This document shows positions 13,836 to 27,808 of a stretch of DNA of 64,000 bases, piece by piece (the stretch's first letter is position 1; each line of letters begins with the position of its first letter). Location: assembly GCA_012026655.1 (NCBI GenBank), contig JAAILG010000587.1, positions 1-64,000 on the forward strand, given 5' to 3'. Below the pieces are notes generated by a model, which was not told where the DNA came from, ran no database searches, and worked only from the letters and a program-made list of their open reading frames with translations. The position numbers and the translations under genes were made by a program. The stretch comes from Hydrolagus affinis. Taxonomy: Eukaryota.

Positions 13836-14779
13836 TACACATTTCACTTGCAGAATAGGGAGAGGGGAAAATTGACTGATAAACAACTCTGTGAGACTCC
13901 GAGCATTAAGTATAGAAGGACATTTACAGTATTTCAAACAGGAATCTCAAACAAGTGCAAAAGAAAAGGTTCCCCTATGAGCAACTGCACTTCTTTTACA
14001 GTCCATCTCTCTTTCTCTTTCTCTGTCTCTCGCTGCCCTCTGATATTTATGCAGAGCAATCAATCATGTTGTACATGGCAAGAAATTTAATTTAGTTGCT
14101 TATTAGCTCAGGGCGATGGTTGGGAAGATAATCCCTACACCGTGCCAAAGATCGTCCGTGGAAGCAAAGCATTTCTGAAGCAAATTGCCAGAAACAAAAT
14201 CGCTCTGCAGCAATGTATCCAAATTATTTATTGGTGAATGAAATGTAAATACAAAGTGTCATGATAATTGGGACTCAGAAGGTAGTTTGAATTTCCTACA
14301 AATATTATATCGTGATGACGCAGTGCATGAAGCTCACAGTGCTGAATCTATGTGACTTGCTCCTATTTATAGTTTACTTTCAAGACAATTGAAAATCTTA
14401 ATTAAACCTCCCTCGGCCTAAAGCTGTGGATGGCTTATCTTAATTGTCCAAGAGTGCATTTTGCTCTGGGCGTATTTTAAGCTTTCTAGGCTGTTTGTAA
14501 ATAAATACTTTGTACCTTACTAGTGGATGCTTCTGAATTAAGAATGAAGTACCATAGTTGTACTTGATCCTTATCTGCACAGTCATTTACTGGAAAGTGC
14601 TGATTTTAGTGATTTTTTTTAAAGGGTTTCTTGACTGGACACATGCAATCCAGTTGGCAGAAGTGTAAAAGTGTATCAGGGACTTTGGGAGTTGTAGTTT
14701 AGTTTTGATGTGTTCTTGTCACTGGATTCAATCTGTCCCAGGAATTGTAATTAACTTCAGGTTCTCTATATGGCTTTTA

Positions 14780-16168
14780 CATCACTGTTCCCATCGCCTT
14801 CACCCTTGCTTCCACCCTGCCACAAACAACTTTAATCCCATTGGTTTCTGTGTATCCATCCATGAAGCCAACCATCTGCTGCCTCGACCCCATCCCCACC
14901 AACCTACTACTCACTCAGGATCAGTCCCTGCTCCCCTCAAAACTGCTGCCATCACCCCCCTCCTTAAAAAAACTCTCCCTAGATCCCTCAAACCCTAGCC
15001 ACTACCGCCCTATTTCAAACCTGCCCTTCCTTTCAAAAGCACTGGAACGCGTTGTTGCAAACCAACTCCACGCCCACCTCTCCTCCCACTCCCTCTTCGA
15101 GTCTGGTTTCCGCCCTGCCCATAGTACAAAGACTGCACTTGTGAAAGTCATAAATGACGTCCTGTCTATCTGTGACCAGAAGTTCCTCTGCCTCCTTATC
15201 CTCCTGGACCTGTCCGCTGCGTTCGACACAGTCGACCACACCATCCTCCTCCACCATCTGTCCTCCGTCATCCACCTCAGTGAGACCGCACACACCTGGT
15301 TCGAGTCCTAGCTCACAAAACGCCAGCAGTACATCTCCATAAACAGCTTTTCCTCCCGCTCCTACCCAATGACCTGTGGGGTACCCCAGGGATCCATCCT
15401 CGGCCCCCTCCTCTTCCTCATCTATATGCTCCCTCTTGGGGATGTCATCCGCACACATGGGGCACACTTCCACATGTACACGGATGACACCCAACTCTAT
15501 TTCTCCAATTCACTTTGTGACCCACAGTCCCCTGATGTACTGTCAGCCTGCCTGTCAGACATCAGGAGCTGGATGAGCGCAAATTTCTTGCAGCTGAATG
15601 TTGACAAGACGGAGGCCATACTCTTTGGCTCTCGTCAACGTCTCCATTCACACGGCTCTCACCTCCTCCAACTTCCCGGTCTGCCGCTAAAACTCTCTGA
15701 AACTGTGTGCAACCTTGGCGTCAGGTTCGACCCCCAACTGTCCTTCCTCCACCACATCCGGTCCCTCACCAGCACCGCCTTCTTCCACCTCCGACAGATC
15801 GCCCGTCTCTGGCAATACCTCACCCCAAAAGTCGCTAAAACCTTGGTCCACACCTTCGTCACCGCACGGCAGGACTATTCCAATGTGCTCCTCACCGGTC
15901 TCCCCTCCACCACAATCCATAAAATCCAACTCATCCAAAACTCTGCCATCCAATTCTGGAATTCCCTTCCTCAATACCTTCGCCTTGCCCCCTCTTTTCT
16001 CAGTTTCAGGTCACAGCTAAAGACCTTTCTCTTCAACCGTACCTTTGGTCACCTTTCTACCACTTCCCCTGGCTCGGTCCCAGGATCCGCTATTGTGTCT
16101 CAGAGAGTGAAGCGCTCTGAGACGCCGTCCTGCATGGAGGGCACTATATAAATCAAAGTTGTTGTTAT
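14780..16168 (+). mobile_element. L2-clade LINE, 5'-truncated, with reverse transcriptase remnant
   Basis: ORFs 14841-15311 and 15369-16151 are in one frame split by a TAG at 15309-15311. Motifs: YRPISNLPFLSKALE, LLDLSAAFDTVDH, GVPQGSILGPLLF, YTDDTQLY, LQLNVDKTE, WNSLP. Tail: gcactatataaatcaaagttgttgtt. The 5' boundary is approximate. Confidence 0.93.
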
Positions 16169-17037
16169 ATTCTAAGAACATGAAGATCATAAGAAATGAA
16201 CTTATTTTCATGAAATGAATCATATTTGAAAACCAATAGAGTTAATCAAAGTGTTTTTAATCCACTTTTGGAAAGTAACATTGCAGTAGGTGGTTAGCAG
16301 ACCTGGGAGAAACTACCTCCTCCCCCTTCCCCTCACCCCCCACCAAATCCCCAATGCTGGGCAAAGTGAAAAAGCAGACCTGGGAGAGACAGGTATTGAG
16401 AGAAATGGACTGGATAAGAGCAACCGCTGGCCTCTAACGCCTCTGTGTGAAGACCCTGGTCTCCAGGAATTGACTGCGAAACAGCTGGATTCCAAACAAA
16501 ATACTCAGAGAGCCAGTGCAGACTCAGTGGCTGCCCTCCTTTTACACTGTCAATTCCAATGATACTAATTTGAAAATGTTTGAAATCATCTAATGTGTTA
16601 TTTTCCAAAAAATAGTGACTTGTGCTGACTTGTAAACAGTCAACACAGTTCCTTAATTTCCTTAGATCTTAATCCATGCTTAGTCACGTTCTTCCTTTTC
16701 GTTCACAGTTTTATTTTGTCCCCCTGCTCTTAACATTCTGTTTGAAACTCCCTCTCTATCATCTTTCAAACCTTTCCCCTGGCATTTCATGCCTTCTCTG
16801 TTGCCTGCATTTTCTGCCTCACAATAGCTTAATCCCACTGTCTCTTGGTGGCTTTACTATTGTTTGCGCCTCACTTCCTCAAAGCAACAAAGACATTAGG
16901 AAGAAAAGTGGTATGTCTTTAAAGTAAATGGAATAAAAGGGTGCTTATGGATTTGAAAAAATAGCCTTTGGGACCTGGGTTCAAACCCAACTCAAATTGA
17001 AGAGCTGTGTGTCTGCTCTCCATGTGATGCAAGAATC

Positions 17038-17185
17038 TTATCATAGAATCATAGAATCTTACGGCACAAAAGGAGGCCATTCGGCCCATCGAACCTGTGC
17101 CGGTTCTTTGAAAAGAGCAACTCAATCCCACTCCCCAGCTCTCTCCCCATAACCGCGCAAACCTGTCCTCCCCAAATAAATGTCT
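17038..17185 (-). mobile_element. CR1 LINE 3' end fragment
   Basis: atcatagaatcatagaatc is the reverse complement of the (ATTCTATG)n CR1 terminal repeat. aaggaggccattcggcccatc mirrors 54785-54830. Confidence 0.85.
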
Positions 17186-20100
17186 ACCTAATTAATTATG
17201 TAAAATTAATTTGGATATCATCAGTTCAATATCTAGTATGGAAATGTCCATAGCCTCCACCTTACTCTCAACTCTTCCTCAGGTTGTTTATCCCAGCTCT
17301 CCATTCTTTTCTGCATCTATACTGATATTTTTTTTTTAATATTTTTTTTACTGATATAGTCTTCATTAAGCTCTGAACATCCCACATTTTCTCAGTGTTT
17401 AAGATATATTTTTCTCCTGTTAGCCTATTGCTTAATGTGCATTTTCTTTAATAAGTTTAAATTTGAATTCATCGTAGCATCTATTTCAGTAAGATAAAGA
17501 CACATTTACTTGCTTCCGTAGCATGTGTAACAACACAGGCAGCAGAAGGAATACTTGCAGTATAAATACTTAATCGTATATATGCATAATACATTATTTG
17601 CAGGCATCGCTGCATCTTGCCTTTTAATCTTCTATATTTGCTATATTATTAGATGTATATGTATCCAATTTATATGATTGATAAATTGGTGAATTATAAA
17701 ATGACTGGTAGAACCTTTGGCAAAAGTTATTTATTTACAGAGATTTGGGATGAGACCAAATCTAACTGTTTCACATTGTGGAAAGACCATTTTCGCATTG
17801 CTAATGAACCATGTGATACGTTTACACCAGTGGCCTATTTGCAACACTGAGAAATTATAAGGTGGCATGGGTTTGCTACGTTTTCATAGTCAAGGGTAGA
17901 TCTATGCAAAATCCACTTACAGTATAACCTTCTATTACTGAATGCTTAAAACCTCACATTAATTGTTACATTATTTTCGATCTACTTTATTGCACTGCTG
18001 TGAAGAGGGCACTTTCAGTTGCCCACTATTCATACGAATGACAAATTCACAAACTGTCCAGTCTATTTTCAACACTCTTAAAATGTGTCTGTGGTGACCT
18101 AGTTTACGAATCCATCAAGTCGGTTGCATAAGAGTCAGGTTTCCTCGTCCATTAAATTCAAAAATCTAAATGACAATAGTAGTGTATAGTAATTATAATA
18201 AAACACACAGCGAATGGGACAAACTATAACTGAAAAAAATTATCAAGTATTTTCTGCATCAGTGGTGCCATATTACATATAGAAAGTCATGCTGAGCTAG
18301 CTATCCATTTGCTTGATTGTTGTCATACATTTTGGTGGTAATAAACAGTACAAATGAAAAACAGCATCCATTCATAACTAGCCACTTCACAGCAGGGTTT
18401 CTAAGCTTGATCCTCCAGTCATTGCTGTAAAGCACTCTTTGTAGGGTCTATATAAATGCAAATTATTTTCTTCAGAAATTCCATATGCATGTCCGTTAAA
18501 TTACTATTTTATTCAGTCATTAACAACCAGAGTCAGCATTAAAAGCACTACAAGTAAGCATGAGTTGGTTGAATTTGAGTTTGAACTATTATACATTGCC
18601 ATAATTTTGGCCTCAGAACATTAAGCCCAATTGGTGATCGTGTGGAAGGATGGAGAAAATGAGGGAGGAGGTGGAAGGAAATTAGTTTACATTTTCTGAT
18701 GATATTCATTGAGTCACCTCACCCCCCCCCGCCCCACCTGTTAAAATGTATATTTGTGAATGTTATTATTAGGGGAAAATGATTAGGTTCAGTACACCCA
18801 ATAATAATAATACATTTGACATAAAGCCTATGACATCAAAGATCTAAAAGCACTTCAAGTCTCTTGTATTTGTAGATAAAAACAATGGCCAATTTGTGCA
18901 TCATCTGGCAAATGATGCTGAAGTGATTGACCGATTTTATGTAAATGATTATTGGTCAGGAGAAAGAGAAAGAGATACATAGTGTGCAAAGACCACCCAC
19001 TTTGCTTTTAATCCTTAAAGAATAGTTTTTTTTAAGAGCCTTCCAAATAAGAATCATAATCAAATGAGAGGATTATTATAATTGTCAGTCCTGTATGTCA
19101 TGGTCTTAAAACTATTGGAAACCCAAATAGGATAGCCAAAATTTCATTCAGCTGTGATCCCTGGAACCTGACAAAGAGGGAAATCGATTTTCTGTTTACC
19201 AGTACTAAATCCAACCCTTAGAAAGTAGCAGCGACTGAGAGCAATGGATCAGACAGCAAAACTCTACAGCCACTTTCTTTGATACAGTTCCATTTAAACA
19301 TCTGGTACAGGAAACTATTTTCAAGGGTACTGCACAAAATAATGTCTAAGCACTAATGAATGTGGAAATGCAACATATTTAAAATTCCAAATTTTCTGCC
19401 TAATTCATGTATTTTAAACATCAAAGCTGCAATCCTTACAATGGAAACAGAAGCTTCACCCAGTTCTAAACAGGTAAATATTTTTTATAGTGCTCTTTTA
19501 CAACAACTATTACAGAAACGTAGAACATAAATTGTATTTGAAGGCCATTTCTCTGGACTAAAATCTTCTAAGTTTATAATGAAGAATACGCCAATAATTA
19601 AAATGCCATCATAAATTGTCATGGTTGCTCATATTACAGTAGAGGTTTAATTTTCTGTCATCATTCTTTATTGCAATTCAAAATTACTCTGACAAACCAG
19701 AGCTCACTCAACAGAAGAGAATACAACTTCTCCAACAACAGCCAATGAATGCACATTGCTAACAGTAATATTCTGCAATCTATCATGATTTCTGTTGAAA
19801 GTGAAGAATTGATGAGGACAGGTCTGAACCAATTGATGTCCACCTTGATTTAATAGCATCTCGATGTTCAATGTATCTGCTTGAATGGGAAGAATGGTGA
19901 CCTGGGCAATGTACAGAGAGAAGCCGGCGAGTGATTGTGGGAATACGTTCAGCATTAGTTAGCAACTCCATGTCCGCTATAAACTCTGGATGTTCATGCT
20001 AAGCAATTACAGTAAGAAACAGTGCCTGAGGGCTAATCATTTGTTGTACCTTGTTCAAAATCGTCATGAATATTGCTTTGGCTAATGTAAAAATGCAGAC

Positions 20101-22420
20101 GTGCAGTTTAGGAGAATTAGGTCTGTCATCTGACTACATAGATTAGTACAATATACACTGCCCTTAGCAATCAGAAACCACAGTGTTCGGGGCATGAACC
20201 AATCATTAACTAATCAAAATCCTTTCTCAAGTGCTGCTACCTGATGCCCTGCCCATTTCTTTATGTGATGGAGATATGTCACATTTCTTTACCTCTTCCT
20301 TTTCTACATTTTCTGCAGTAAGGGTTGCTGGCTGTTGTCTTTCAGTCAAGCGCCGGACGAGGAAGGAAGTGGGAAGGTTTTGAAAACTCCTAGGTTGCTA
20401 ACAGTGGTGTTTGCCATTCACCAAAAGGAAGCCTGTGTTCTCCACAGGTTTACTTATTTGCTGTTGATAGATCTGAGATCCATCCATCTCCATCTGAGAT
20501 TTGGTGCCTTACTGACAGGAGACGCAGTTTATTCAACTGTCTGCACTTAAAAAGAAATCCCGTTAAGACAGTGTTGAGTTCTAAACCCAGGTATCTAGTT
20601 AGAAATCTAACTCGGTACCCAGTTAAAAGGCCAAACAAGATCTTGATTATTTATCAATTGCAGCACGTTTTAAGGCAGTGTTTTATGTTGAGGGATTTTC
20701 CTCAACATTTTGTTTCCTCCTCTGAAAACTCTGCCTCATTCTGGATTTGACTGCTTAGTCATTGGTCACCCATTGGTGCTGTAGCAATTGCTGTTCTTCA
20801 GAAAGGCTAAGAAGGCTTTGAGGAAATGGTAGTGCATATAACCATCGCTTCAGAGTTAAATGTCAAAAAGTCAATCAGTGATGTATAGAAACTTAATCAG
20901 GCAATCTCAGATGTCACATTCGATAGATCATGTCTGCTATAAATAGATGCTGTACTAACTGACACATAGAAAATAGTGAGTACTGGGTTACCCAATCTGG
21001 TGAAGGTTTGTGAAGGTGATTTACAGTGAAAAGACAGCCAATGACACAGGGGAGTAATGTGCTGACATGCTGGGCTCAAATATAAAAATGCTCACCACAG
21101 AGTGAGGTCTACGTTTTACTGACACCTAAGTGGAGAGGTTGTGAGTGAAGATCAGAAGTGAAAGAGAATGGATTTCCATGAGCCACATTTGCACCATGTA
21201 CAGTACCACTCTTTACAGAGCAGTATGAGTGGGACAGGTGGATTGTCTATCCTTATTCAGAGTTGGAAGTGTAGCTTGGGGGTGGGGGGGTTTGAGGGCG
21301 GGTGGGTGGAGAGAGAAATCATGTGTTGCCTGGGTGGTGGGGTGGGGAGGGAGATCCAGGTGTGGGGAAAAAATATTCTTGAGTCTTTTGAAGGTAGTTT
21401 TCAATGCAGGAGAATGATGCCAGACAAGCCCGTTAAAAACAAGAACACTCAGTTAATTGAGCAGAAGGCTATCGTGTTCAAGTAGGATGCATGCTGTTTG
21501 CTTACTATTGGCAATACAGTTGATGTTTCTCCCATACTGATGTGCAGTGACAGATGTTATGACAATGTTGTGATTATCATAGATTGTCTCCTAAATAGTG
21601 CATACACAATATTCCAGCTGGTGACTGCAACAAATTGGTGAGCTAATGAAAGCATGTTGTAGCTGCTGCCCTCGGCTATTTGGGAACCTGGAATCATTAG
21701 TCCTATTGCTACCTTATGGCAATTTCAGGGCTGTTTGCCGTACACCCATGTTTATTGAAATTGTGAATAGTCAAATTGAGCTGTCGTGACTGATATAATC
21801 CCCCCAAATTAACCTCTACTGGGTCAGTTGTTGAATTCACTCTTCAGACCTCATCATTTAGTTTGATCAATGGATTTTTTCACGCACATTATATAATTTA
21901 TTTTGCATTATGCTATAGAGGGAGGGAAGTGCGTGCCATTGTCATATCGGATTAGCAGCCCACCATCCCCACCACCACCTCCCTCAATACTTCTTCAGCT
22001 GTTTAGGAGTTTTCTATTGCAGTTGAGATTCTTAATAATCTCTCTGTGAATGTCATCAGTTATTGTGACCTTTTGTGTTGTTCTCATGACTCCTGCACAG
22101 CTGTTATCAAATCACACTACCATCAACTTATGTTATTCGCATGTAGCAGATTGTTTCTTATCAGGATGGATATTGCATAGAATTACACCGCAGCTCGCAA
22201 GGTCAATCCTTATGTGCCTATTCATTGGTTCAGTTGTAGAAACCCCTAAAGTGTGCCATTGACAGAAGAGAAGGGAGTGGGGTGGCTGTGTAAATAAATG
22301 AGGAAATAGCTCAGTGCATCACAGTAGGTCGAATCTTGATCTCACCAAATAGACATCTTCAGCAGGGCAGGAATCCGGTCTTATTTTCCTCATTCTCAAC
22401 CTATGGTGCTGAAGCCAATC

Positions 22421-22731
22421 TAATAATAATAATCCTTGCATTTGATTATAGTGCTTTTCACATCTTCTAGACATCTCAAAGCGCTTCACAGAATATACTG
22501 TAAAGTGAATTGACTGTATATTTGTAGGTGAAATGTGGAAGCTAATTGCGCACAGCAGTGTCCCACAAACAGTTGTGGATTGAAATAACCAATTCATTAT
22601 CACTTTTTTTGGAGGGATTATTATTAGGCGCGTGGAGTTGAGAAGCTTTCCCAAGGTTTCGTCCTGCCTGGAATTGAACCTAGGTCTCTCACTTGTAAGG
22701 CGAGTGCTCTAAACACTGAGTTCAGGACTCC
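22421..22731 (-). mobile_element. Full-length tRNA-derived SINE (Deu-type core, L2-like tail)
   Basis: Reverse complement of the 61155-61466 element: A/B-box head, gggacactgctgtgcgcaatt core, (ATT)n tail. Confidence 0.9.
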
Positions 22732-23328
22732 ACAAGGATGATCTGTAGAGTCCCATGATTGTTTCAGCTGAGATAAGCTAAGAGCACAATCAACAGAAAC
22801 ACAATTTGATTCTGTGAATCAAACCTGGGGCTCTCATGGTTCACATGACTATCCACTGAATAAATTCATTGCCATCGGGGAAGCCCTCAAGCATGAACCT
22901 TAATGATTCTAAACTGTATTTTTCATGCTTGGATTATTAAGGAGTACTGCCTCTTTGACATTGATGTATTAGTTAATCATTCTTTTGCTCACTGTTTTCT
23001 CCCTTTGACAGCAATTCATGCCGGTGCATGGTTCATTGGGTAGCAGCAGCCTTTTGGTTTCTTGTCCAAGTGGCCATTTGTCATGTGTGAGTGTGCGTAG
23101 TAGACGTTGGCAGGTTATTCAATTGTGGGCAACATGACAATCAAACTCCATTCTGTCCTTGTTAATATCCTTATGTGAAACTTCAAACACAGCTGACTGT
23201 TTGGTGGTCAGTAGTAGGAAGACTGGCTAAACTTTCCTGCCCCAGTTTTGGGTTCTTGTGGACAGCTGTGCCCCACTGCCTGACCCTGATACACTTGGCT
23301 CAGAACACAGAGATCAAAGCTCTGAGCA

Positions 23329-23445
23329 TGATAATAATAATAATCCTTCTATTTGATTAGACGTCTCAAAGCACTTCACAGGACATACAGTAAAGTGAAT
23401 TGACTGTATATATATATATACAGTATGTGGGCGAAATGTGGCAAA
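23329..23445 (-). mobile_element. SINE 3' fragment
   Basis: (TAA)n, agacgtctcaaagcacttcacag...gtaaagtgaattgactgtata, with a (TA)n expansion. Confidence 0.75.
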
Positions 23446-24737
23446 GTATTCATAGACGTTGCAGGGAATCAGTCTCCTGCTGTTTGATGGTGGAATCACC
23501 TGGTTTGTCACAGGGGAGGGGTGTGGGGGTGGGGGGGAAGGAGGTCATTTATTTATTTTTGATTTAGTTTATTTTTAATCTTCAGGAAGAGCAAGTGTTT
23601 TGAGATTATCAAAGATCAAGGGGATAATATTCAAACCCAGTTTGAGCATGACGGTCCAATTTCCTGCCTGCTGCTTTGCTCTAACGCTCAGCACAAGGGA
23701 TGGTTAGTTCCATGAAAGATATGTTGAAAATCAAGTATTTTGGAAACTTTTTTATTAACTGAAATATAGTAAATGTTTTTGTAAACCCATCACTGTGCCC
23801 GGTTGTGCTGAGCTCAGATAACACCCAAAAGCATACACAATAAAGAGAAGAAAAAACTTATCGTGTTGGGAAAACTACAGCACCTTGTAATACCTTCCAT
23901 GCAATTCTGGCACTCGATATTTCATCTCCTCACAATACAACAGTCTTGATCATTAATTACAGCAAAAGTAATTGTTCAGGTAATTCCACAGTGTTATCAC
24001 ACTATGTGCAGCAGACTATGTTAACCCCAATTTACATCATGGAACCATAACACAAATAACACAAGTACCTAAGAAATCCATCATGCTCAGAGTCACTACA
24101 AAACGGATCCAGTAAGTTTGAATAAGAATCAAAATATTATAAAATGACTGTAAAATGTCAGAAGAAATATCAGATCGACCTTTTAAATACCCCACACATC
24201 AAAGGTGATTATTCCAGTGTCAAAAAGAAGCTACCCAGTGAATGGCACCATGTAAATGCAAGTGATTGCTATGTTGTTCGTTGTTTCATCTTTTGAGTAA
24301 AACTAACCAAAGTGTGCTCGCCCATCTCACATGAATGTGAAGGTCAAGATTATCGGGAAAAGGGCCAATAGTCCCATCATCTCTCTTCAATCATTAGGGC
24401 TCCCAGAGCAGAGGAATCATCCACATGGTCGCAGATTCATTTCAGTACTTATCTGGAGCTTTATAGTTTCTCTATGCCTTTCCCCTTCAATAACGATGCG
24501 AGCAAGATACCGCAATTACACGATAGACAATCTAGTAGACTAATCACTCTTGTATAAAATTTATTTTTCATGATGTGATTTCAGTTGTTTTAAACTCGCT
24601 GAATGAATGACTGAGTGAATAAATAAATGAGCTGTGGGACAAATCATTTCAAATTGGCTATACACTATTTATTTCCAGAACATAGCAACTCTGTGGATGT
24701 TTAAACCATGATCCCCATCTAAATATTTTGTCCAAAC

Positions 24738-25051
24738 ATAATAATAATAATAATCCTTGCACTTGATACAGTGCTTTTTACATCTTCTAGACGTCTCAAA
24801 GTGCTTCACAGAATATACTGTAAAGTGAATTGTCTGTATATTTGTGGGTGAAACGCGGCAGCCAATTGTGCTCAGCAGTGTCCCACAAACTGTCGTGGAT
24901 TGAAATAACCAATTTTTTTTTAAAAAAATTACAGATTATTATTAGGCGTGTGGAGTAAGGAAACTTGCCCAAGAGTTCGCCCTCAGGTCGAATTTGAACA
25001 CAGGTCTCATACTTGTAAGGCGAGTGCTCTAATCACTGAGCTATAGGACTC
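24738..25051 (-). mobile_element. Full-length tRNA-derived SINE
   Basis: Collinear with 22421-22731 from the (TAA)n tail to the head cactgagctataggactc. Confidence 0.9.
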
Positions 25052-25265
25052 TTACAGGCCATAGATCTAGGTCTTCATACTTAACTGCATACAACGAACC
25101 AAGCAGTGTGCAAAGCAATGTAATCCGAATGCATTAAAAATGCTCAGGAGATGCTATTAAATTAAAGCACATATTTGATAGCTGATTTGTCTATCTCTCT
25201 GGCCAATGGGTCCTGATTGTTTATGTCTTAACTCTGGGTTAGTAATTTAAACTACATGTTAGAAC

Positions 25266-25356
25266 TGTACATTCTCTAAACAGGTAAAGAAAATGAACAA
25301 TAACCTAATCAAAGTGGATGAGCTAGCATGATGAACACCTTTCCACATGTTGGTTA
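25266..25356 (+). repeat. Local direct repeat A, copy 1 (copy 2 at 27809-27897)
   Basis: tgtacattctctaaacag...gaaaatgaa...gatgagctag.atgatgaacacctttccacat is shared by both copies. Confidence 0.85.
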
Positions 25357-27384
25357 CATATTGGGTATTTAATGAAGCACTGTAAAATTCAACTTTGAAT
25401 TTATCACTTATTTTGTACACTTATTTTGATATCCAGTTTTCTTAAAAATATATATTAATTGTCTTTGCCCTTTCTTTCCACTCCCTCCCCAAATGTTCTC
25501 ACCTCCATTATTGTTGTCTGGACTCAATCATGAAGAATGCCTATTTAGACAAGGGCAGGAGAGGTTCTGGCACTTGTGTAATTGTATATCAGAATGAGTC
25601 ACTGGCTTCAAGAAATGAGGACAGAAAATTGAGTACAAAAATGTCATGGGAACCATTAGATGAGATTACTGTCTTGTTACCGCTCTCATGTGGCCATTGT
25701 TCATTTTCTCTGTGTCGCTGTCTCATTCGTTTTTTTTTATTGCAAAGGAGCATAAAGATTAATTTGTGTTCACCTTGAAACTATTCAGCATAGGGCAATC
25801 TGCTGATTTGGGCTGGGTTGAGACTGTAAATTTACCTAAAGTGATAGGGAGCTAATTTGGACATTGAGCCTGAAATTCCTGTTTTGCCTAATGTTAAGGG
25901 AAACAGTGAAAATACGGTCACCAATATTGTGTATTTGCACCAACATATTATTTAAGATTTTTTCTCGAATGTCTTTGCCATTTAAATACTAACAGGTACA
26001 TTTTCTGCTGTCAAAAAAACACCAGTTGAGCTTCTTCAGACCTGATTAACATTTAGTGAAGTTGTATTTCTCGAATCTGGCATGGGGGGGCGTTAATAGG
26101 CGTTCATGTCATTTTTGTTACTTTGTATAGATTGTTTATTGGACTCCTTGGAGATTTTCATGATTGGAACAATTTTGAGAGTGAAACAAAGTTGGCAAAA
26201 CATGGTTCTATAGTAACAGCATAACTCAAGTTTGAAAGTTTTTGCCCACAATATACAGTCACTACATGTTCCAATATATTCTGTGAAACAGTTTGAGCTG
26301 TCTCGCTGATGTGAAAGGCACAATCTCAAATACAATGATTATTATTATTATTTACGCTACAAGTCATGAACCATTATCTGCTGTGTACCCGTGGCCATAA
26401 TATTGGAGCCAGTCTCAATTGAGATAACAGGTTTACTCCCGGATACGTCTGTTTGAACATTTGTTCAGAAAAAGTCAAAACAATTCTCTTTCTTCAACGC
26501 CTACCCTAGCTCCATTCCCATAACTGCAGAACTACTTGATATTGGATGCTACAGAACTGACAGGCTAAAAAATGACGAGGGAGCAGGAGCCTTTGTACTT
26601 TGAATACTGATAGCAAGAAATAGAGTATCTAGAATACTTTGTAAAAATGAAGGAGTCTTAATAGCTTAGATACTGCAGCAAGCTAAGCTCAAAGTTGAAC
26701 AGATCAAACTGAGTTTTATGATAAAATGATAGATGATCCCTCCAAAGGGATTATGAGTGTTGGCGTTCAGATGCTCATTAACATTTGAAACATCCATCTA
26801 TTTGCTTTTGCCAGATAAAATATACAGTGCAAGGTAACATGAGACAAAAGACTGCTCATTCTGACATTGAAACTTTAAATCATCTACACAATCTGCCAAC
26901 ACAAAATGTACATGGTAAAACTTACACTGAATATAATAATGAGATATAATTATTGTAGGTGAACTTTGCTGTCTGATTAAATTTGTTAGGAAGGGTGAAC
27001 GTTATTTTTTATAGTCATGTATCAGGAGTTTTCGCTGTAGAAACATTGTTGTGGGCGGCTGTGGAAGAAAAGAACGCAATCTCCCATATCCAGTGTATTT
27101 GCAACCTACTTTTGTTCTCTCCCTGTTTCCAAGTGAATTGATAACTAACATTAGCGTATGGACCTTCGAGGTGGCTGAAGAGAGGAAGTTTAAAGGGCAG
27201 CTGCTGTTTTGGGGGAGACACATTTCTTAGAATTATCAGCAATAGCGTACACTGTGGGCCATGTAAAGATTCCGTGACCTCAACTATAACCTGAGCAATT
27301 AACTTTGTGTCCCACATTTAATACAAAAGACACATGAGGGAGGAGCTAAGTTTGAATCAAGATTACTTTTTTGTTTCTAGGTTG

Positions 27385-27650
27385 CAGAAGGTCTCATGGC
27401 ACTGTTTGACAGAAGAAGGGAGTTTCTCCCAGTGTCCTGGCTAACAATTCCCCCAAAAAAGTTGGTCATTCACTTCGTACAATATAAAATTACATTTGTA
27501 TAGCGTCTTTTATGTCGAAAGGGCGTCCCAAAGTGCTGGGTATTTGTGAGGCATTGCTTTACACAAGTTGGCTAGTATGATTACCTACATATTACACTTC
27601 ACAGTAAATCCTGTGTAGCACTTTGAAATGTTATCTTGATGTGAAAGGTA
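27385..27650 (+). mobile_element. Old DeuSINE 3' half with an embedded L2 tail fragment in opposite orientation (about 27480-27540)
   Basis: catggcactgtttga...gggagtttctcccagtgtcctggctaac, then aaaattacatttgtatagcgtcttttatgtc, then tttgtgaggcattgct...gatgtgaaagg. Confidence 0.6.
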
Positions 27651-27808
27651 CGACTGTATATATCACACACAATCATTTTAATTTATTTTTACTGGCTACT
27701 TTTTAAAACAAATCGATGATAAAAGGTTGAAACCACAAACTATTATTGGTGCAACTGTTCTGTACCCTTTCAAATTAATGGGCATCAAGACACAATGGAA
27801 TATTGCCT

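Noticed and set aside
14841-16151. Reverse transcriptase ORFs as part of a novel RT system (retron/DGR-like) or a domesticated gene
   Set aside because: The motifs and tail are those of an ordinary L2 LINE. It is 5'-truncated, has a nonsense codon and internal deletions, and has no associated genes or template repeats.
19661-19971. Three overlapping minus-strand ORFs
   Set aside because: No recognisable protein motif, and each is under 90 aa.
25328-25400. C/D box snoRNA starting at ATGATGA (also at 27867)
   Set aside because: No CTGA D box or terminal stem at a suitable distance, and the similarity between copies lies mostly upstream of the putative C box.
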